This document shows, piece after piece, positions 59,313-64,000 of a stretch of DNA of 64,000 bases. Source of the stretch: a virus (Duplodnaviria > Caudoviricetes); IMG/VR virus record IMGVR_UViG_3300033075_001437, positions 42,867-106,866 of that record. One strand, given 5' to 3'. Both the position numbers and the translations under genes were made by a program. Under the pieces are notes generated by a model. The model saw only the letters and a program-made list of their open reading frames with translations, ran no database searches and was not told where the DNA came from. How positions within the stretch are numbered: the first letter of the stretch is position 1; every line of letters begins with the position of its first letter.

Positions 59313-59513
59313 ATGACATACGAAAATGCCATGCTGTCAGTTATAACAACATTTATAATAGCAGTATTAATATGGGATGCATTCGCATATTATTGTGGAG
59401 GGTACAAAGCTACAATAAGTGGAGTAATATGGAATGCACAACGAAAAGTATGGTGGATCAAATACTTAGCCGCAATAATATTCGCATTTATGTGGTGGCA
59501 TTGGTTTTGGTAA
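59313..59513 (+). CDS. Small two-TM membrane protein
   Basis: Two hydrophobic helices, Trp-rich end. Confidence 0.5.
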   Translation: MTYENAMLSVITTFIIAVLIWDAFAYYCGGYKATISGVIWNAQRKVWWIKYLAAIIFAFMWWHWFW

Positions 59514-59707
59514 TAGGAAAATACGCTCCAGGCCACATACCAACACCATCTGGTGGTATACTATCATCATCGATGATAGCTGGGGCAATAAACCAACGCT
59601 CATTACGACATTGTTTAATAGCCTTAGCTTCAGTCGTAAAAACACCATGAAACGACCAATCATTAGTTTCTAACACCTGCCCAACAATCCACACTTGCAT
59701 AAAACAC

Positions 59708-60298
59708 CTATTTCTTGTACCAATGCCTAGCTCTAATAAAACTGATAACATATTTAAGATTATCAAATTTCTTTAAAACATTATGGCTACCATATGCTAA
59801 CGAATTTACAGTGATCTCATTATCATTATAAACAGACATAGAATAACAAGCATACTGACTAAGCGTTCTCTCTAAAATAGAAACATGCTTTGCTTTCCTA
59901 TCACCCCTGCCATTTTCATCTACAGACGGACGAATATGTGGCAACCACATTTGCAATTCTTCTAATTGTTCTTCAATAGGGTCTTTCTTATACGCAGCAA
60001 ATCGTATAGCTGACTGCAACGTTCCACAATTATAACCAGCGATACCTATATATTTAAAATTAGCATGCACAGCACAATGCCAAGAGCTATAAACTTCTTG
60101 CGATGTTTCAATACAATTCGTTGGAGTATACACATTCATCCACCAGTGAATAATAGCTTCTTTGTCAAAAACAGGGTCGATAGACTTAAACCGCGTACGT
60201 CGCAAAGTAGCGTCGTCGTCTTTGAAAAGAAATTGCTGTCCAGGCATAATAACGTTATATTCTTTAACAATTTCAGAACTGTTCATCATAACTTCCAA
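59708..60298 (-). CDS. Hypothetical protein
   Basis: 196-aa ORF. Confidence 0.55.
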   Translation of the reverse strand: MEVMMNSSEIVKEYNVIMPGQQFLFKDDDATLRRTRFKSIDPVFDKEAIIHWWMNVYTPTNCIETSQEVYSSWHCAVHANFKYIGIAGYNCGTLQSAIRFAAYKKDPIEEQLEELQMWLPHIRPSVDENGRGDRKAKHVSILERTLSQYACYSMSVYNDNEITVNSLAYGSHNVLKKFDNLKYVISFIRARHWYKK

Positions 60299-61971
60299 TC
60301 AATAACACTCTCTTTGAACCAACTTGGAATCATAGAGCCAGCGTCTTTGATAAATTTATCAAAACTCTCATCTAGCACATATGTATCAGCATAATCATCA
60401 ACACTTCGAACTGACCGGCCAATAGATTGTAATAATTTGCAAGCAGTTTGCCAAGTATAAAATCTGTTATCAAGTTCAATTCTGCGTTTAAGTTGTTTAT
60501 CATCATAAAAATTAGCATAAGGAACTTTACAAATAATCTGAAAACGACTCAAATCACCGAATAAGTCAACACCCTCATGCATAGCAGGAGCAATGATAAC
60601 TGAATTGTCAGATTCACTATGGTGTTTCAACAAATGTGATTTGTCATTAAAATCGCGTTGATTAATGAATCTGTCAGCATACTTACAATTCTTATTCAAA
60701 TAATCCATAATAGCAAAATTATGAGTATGGATAATACCTTTTTTGTCAGGGTACTTCTTCAATATTTTATCAACACCAGCAGCTAATTTAGGCATCCAAA
60801 CATCAGATTTGTCTTTACCACCAACCATCTTAGCAACAGGTGCAAAATAAATCGGCCTATTCTTGACATCAAATCGATTCTTAAGTCTAATAGCCGCAAC
60901 CTTATCATCGCTAATACCCAATGACCGCTTAAAAATGTTGACATCTAATATTGTGGCGCTCATAATAAGTTTAAATTTACTATGTTTAAACATTAAATCA
61001 TAAGAAAAATCGTTAACGAAAATAGGTTTAAAAACAACAGAATTGCAATTTAAACCACCATAAGTAAATTGCCTATATTCAAACACCCATTCAGCAGTGT
61101 CATAAGTATTAATAAATTTATTATATTTAGCTAAAACATCCTCTAGCTCTTGTATTAATTTCAACCGTTCTTTATCATTAGAGTTCTTATCCATCTTCAT
61201 AGTAGCAATAGCGCTAGTGATAGAGTTATGAAAATTGGAATCGATTAACCACTCATAATATTCTTTAACAGTATCAAACTTAGGTATAAACCAATTAATA
61301 TGCCTTAAATATTGATCGTTTAATGTAAGGCTCATAAAATCTAATAATTGGCCTTCAGCATTATGTCCTTCATCTAATATTAAAAGATCCTTAATATCGC
61401 TAAAATTAGAAGTATAATTAGCATGACATAAAAAATTGTTATAATTCATAGTAACATATTTAGAGAATTTAGCAATATTTAACGCTTCATGATAATCACA
61501 ATCACTATATCTGTTAAACCCAGCTGCTGTTTGTTTAACAGTATCCTTGAAACAATAATTGCAAATCTCAGAAGACAATTTACACAAACCGACAGAACAA
61601 TTATTATGTGTTCTTTTTAAAGTCTCTAGATTAGTACCAAGCATGCTAGAAAATAAACTTCTATGCCTGTCAATAACATCGCATGGATATGCATTCTTGC
61701 CCTTTAAAGACGCTAGTGTTTTGCCAAATTCATTAGAGAGCTGATCTTGTAATTGTTTAGTAGATGTCAGATAATAAGCACTCCCAAGCATCTTAGCAAC
61801 AGTCATAGCTATAGCTGTTTTGCCGCTGCCAGTAGGAGCTTCAACTATAACATACTCTTTGCCATTATTAAATGCATCAATTATAAATTTAATGCACTCC
61901 TTTTGCCCAGGTCTATATTCGTCTTTTACAAAGTATTTGTCAATATCTGTTTTCATATGTTCTAAATACAT
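60286..61971 (-). CDS. DinG/XPD-like helicase
   Basis: YRPGQ, EAPTGSGKT, KGKNAYPC with a Cys cluster, DEGHN, MSAT, EGVDL, QSIGRSVRSVDDY. Confidence 0.88.
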   Translation of the reverse strand: MYLEHMKTDIDKYFVKDEYRPGQKECIKFIIDAFNNGKEYVIVEAPTGSGKTAIAMTVAKMLGSAYYLTSTKQLQDQLSNEFGKTLASLKGKNAYPCDVIDRHRSLFSSMLGTNLETLKRTHNNCSVGLCKLSSEICNYCFKDTVKQTAAGFNRYSDCDYHEALNIAKFSKYVTMNYNNFLCHANYTSNFSDIKDLLILDEGHNAEGQLLDFMSLTLNDQYLRHINWFIPKFDTVKEYYEWLIDSNFHNSITSAIATMKMDKNSNDKERLKLIQELEDVLAKYNKFINTYDTAEWVFEYRQFTYGGLNCNSVVFKPIFVNDFSYDLMFKHSKFKLIMSATILDVNIFKRSLGISDDKVAAIRLKNRFDVKNRPIYFAPVAKMVGGKDKSDVWMPKLAAGVDKILKKYPDKKGIIHTHNFAIMDYLNKNCKYADRFINQRDFNDKSHLLKHHSESDNSVIIAPAMHEGVDLFGDLSRFQIICKVPYANFYDDKQLKRRIELDNRFYTWQTACKLLQSIGRSVRSVDDYADTYVLDESFDKFIKDAGSMIPSWFKESVIDWKL

Positions 61972-61989
61972 TTAGCATGATTTTACAAC

Positions 61990-62358
61990 TCAACCTGGAT
62001 ATGGTTGATATTTAACTTTACAAATAGAAATTCTACATAAATCAGTAATAATATTTAAAACATAATCTAAATTTTCATATTGGATAACTTCAACCCACTC
62101 TCTATCATCAAAACAACTCCTTGGAACATTACGGTCAGATATAAATATCACTTCATCCGATAAACAAATATAAATGTCAACCGTGTTCATTGCAGGCTTT
62201 TCACGTACTGAAAATTTAAAGAAATAACAATGGCCATGTTTAGATTCTACGAATTCATTCTGAATTTCGAATTTAATGTAATATACTTCTTCTACATCTC
62301 TATCATTCGACCTAATATGATCGATAATCAATTCTGATATAGTTTCTAAAGTGCTCAT
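61990..62358 (-). CDS. Small paralogous-family-like protein
   Basis: LETISELIIDHI...IQYENLDYVL. Confidence 0.5.
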   Translation of the reverse strand: MSTLETISELIIDHIRSNDRDVEEVYYIKFEIQNEFVESKHGHCYFFKFSVREKPAMNTVDIYICLSDEVIFISDRNVPRSCFDDREWVEVIQYENLDYVLNIITDLCRISICKVKYQPYPG

Positions 62359-62370
62359 TATTCGCCTAAA

Positions 62371-62667
62371 TTATAAATTCTTAATTAGTTGTATAATATC
62401 ATCTATATCAATTATATCATTATAAGCAATATTATTAGTATCGAACATATTAATGTTATAATTAAATGTGCCGATTGATAGTTTATCATTATAAAAATTA
62501 ATTGCACATATATATTTATGTTGATTAGAAATATGATGATATATAGCCAATGATATAACAACATTATGATAATGGCATTGATTATGAAGTAGGGCTTTAT
62601 CAACAACACAACAATATGACGGCCCTAACTTATCAATAATAACATTTTTAAGATCTTCTAATATCAT
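62371..62667 (-). CDS. Small paralogous-family protein
   Basis: LEDLKNVIIDKL...IAYNDIIDIDDII. Confidence 0.55.
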   Translation of the reverse strand: MILEDLKNVIIDKLGPSYCCVVDKALLHNQCHYHNVVISLAIYHHISNQHKYICAINFYNDKLSIGTFNYNINMFDTNNIAYNDIIDIDDIIQLIKNL

Positions 62668-63782
62668 AGATTATCAATATCATCAACTTCAAGAGAATAT
62701 GATTCATCACCGATAAAAACAATCTCATTATGAAGATTATTCAACAAGTCAAAATCCAAACCTTTATTGTTTTTATAATCATGATCTATCCAAGATTTAA
62801 AAAGATCCTTCTTTCTAAGAAATTCATCTGGAGTCATAATCTTGTTCTCAGATTGTTTAAATAACTCCATCCACCTCACAGATTTAGTACCAAGACTTAA
62901 CAATTTATCCTTAATAACACGCTTCTCATCTTCAGTCAATTCAGAACTCAAAGCAACTCTTATCAAATTACCACCAACATCATCAACAGTAAGCTCATCA
63001 ATTAAATCGCTCAAAACAGTCATATATTTAGGAGGACAAACAAGATCAGAAAAATATTCTCTGCCAAGTTTAACAATATCATGAAATTTAACCTCACTTG
63101 TTTCAAGATCAAACGTTAAAAAACCATGATCAGAATCGCCTTCATCAAACTTAAAAGGAATTATAGATCCAGGATATATTACCTTATCACCAACTTTCTG
63201 ATGTATATGAAAATGGCCAGTGAATACAAATTCATAAGGTGTATGTCTAAAACTTACTTTACCCCAATCCTTAAGTAAAAAACAACTGTTTAATATCGAG
63301 TCAGCTACACCTATATGAGTTAATAATACATCACCTTTTTCATAATGTCTGCTTAACTCTGCTAAAACTGACATATATGAATTTTCAAACGTTATAAATG
63401 GCAGTATATGAAACCTTCTGTCATTTATCGATAATATTCTAACTTTATTTATTATTTTCAAAGACCCTTTAAACGGATCTAATGAATTAATATCCCAACT
63501 ATGCCTTAAAAACATATCATGATTGCCTAATAAAGCAATCCATGTTTGTTCGCTTTCTTTACAACTTTCAAAAAATCTTATAGCTTTGTTAGCGACATCA
63601 ATAGCTATCGATTCTCTATTATGAAATGTATCTCCTAGTATTATAACTGTCGATATATTATTTAACTCACAATATTTTTTAACAACATTGCACCCATATA
63701 ATATGTCATCTGTTCTATCCTGAACGCCAAAGTGCAAATCTGCACATAATGCTATTTTTTTGCCCATTAATACAAAATACAT
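62664..63782 (-). CDS. SbcD/Mre11/gp47-like metallophosphoesterase nuclease
   Basis: ADLHFG, LGDTFH, GNHD, TGHFH, YPGS. Confidence 0.88.
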   Translation of the reverse strand: MYFVLMGKKIALCADLHFGVQDRTDDILYGCNVVKKYCELNNISTVIILGDTFHNRESIAIDVANKAIRFFESCKESEQTWIALLGNHDMFLRHSWDINSLDPFKGSLKIINKVRILSINDRRFHILPFITFENSYMSVLAELSRHYEKGDVLLTHIGVADSILNSCFLLKDWGKVSFRHTPYEFVFTGHFHIHQKVGDKVIYPGSIIPFKFDEGDSDHGFLTFDLETSEVKFHDIVKLGREYFSDLVCPPKYMTVLSDLIDELTVDDVGGNLIRVALSSELTEDEKRVIKDKLLSLGTKSVRWMELFKQSENKIMTPDEFLRKKDLFKSWIDHDYKNNKGLDFDLLNNLHNEIVFIGDESYSLEVDDIDNL

Positions 63783-63997
63783 TTTTTAATATCAGCAATA
63801 AACTTTTCAATATCAAAATTATCTAAGAGCAATACAAATCTACGATCATGTCTATCAGTGAATATCATAAACATATCACCACACTTATGCGTTAATGTAC
63901 CAACAAAATATATTTTATATATGTATATATATTCTAACCCATCACCGATAGAATAATCATTCCATGATGAGCTATAATAAAAATCATTTTGCGACAA
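63767..63997 (-). CDS. Small paralogous-family-like protein (may extend past the window)
   Basis: LLLDNFDIEKFIADI C-terminal motif. Confidence 0.45.
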   Translation of the reverse strand: MSQNDFYYSSSWNDYSIGDGLEYIYIYKIYFVGTLTHKCGDMFMIFTDRHDRRFVLLLDNFDIEKFIADIKKCILY

Positions 63998-64000
63998 TTC

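Noticed and set aside
291-63084. Many short opposite-strand ORFs in the track (e.g. 291..548, 6233..6652, 44851..45225, 58256..58651)
   Set aside because: They are shadow ORFs antisense to well-supported genes and have no recognisable motifs.
1-64000. Stop-codon reassignment
   Set aside because: Conserved genes (recA, dnaB, sbcC, fcl) are full length under the standard code with high coding density; the dnaE fragmentation is explained by inteins.

Overview
AT-rich (roughly 30% GC by eye), gene-dense window, mostly on the minus strand, from a large tailed-phage (jumbo/huge phage) genome. It holds a replication/recombination region (UvsY-like, minimal family A polymerase, UvsW-like helicase, DnaB-like helicase, RecA, SbcC/SbcD, DinG-like helicase, NucS, two sigma-like proteins), glycan-synthesis genes, homing endonucleases and many small orphan genes. 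Two things stand out. (1) The family C replicase (DnaE) is encoded in five separate genes over about 20.6 kb. Two junctions carry intact split inteins, one of them with its halves 7.5 kb apart. A third junction carries what looks like a splicing-dead intein remnant, and the fourth is a duplicated and diverged palm segment. (2) A PurZ-type synthase (GS instead of GD, NF instead of TK) suggests 2-aminoadenine (Z) DNA. It sits next to an NDT-family N-glycosidase and a DeoC-like fold instead of the usual DatZ/MazZ, and its 3' end appears to have been replaced by a homing-endonuclease cassette, leaving the old 3' end as a frameshifted relic. All calls come from motif reading by eye; no searches were run.
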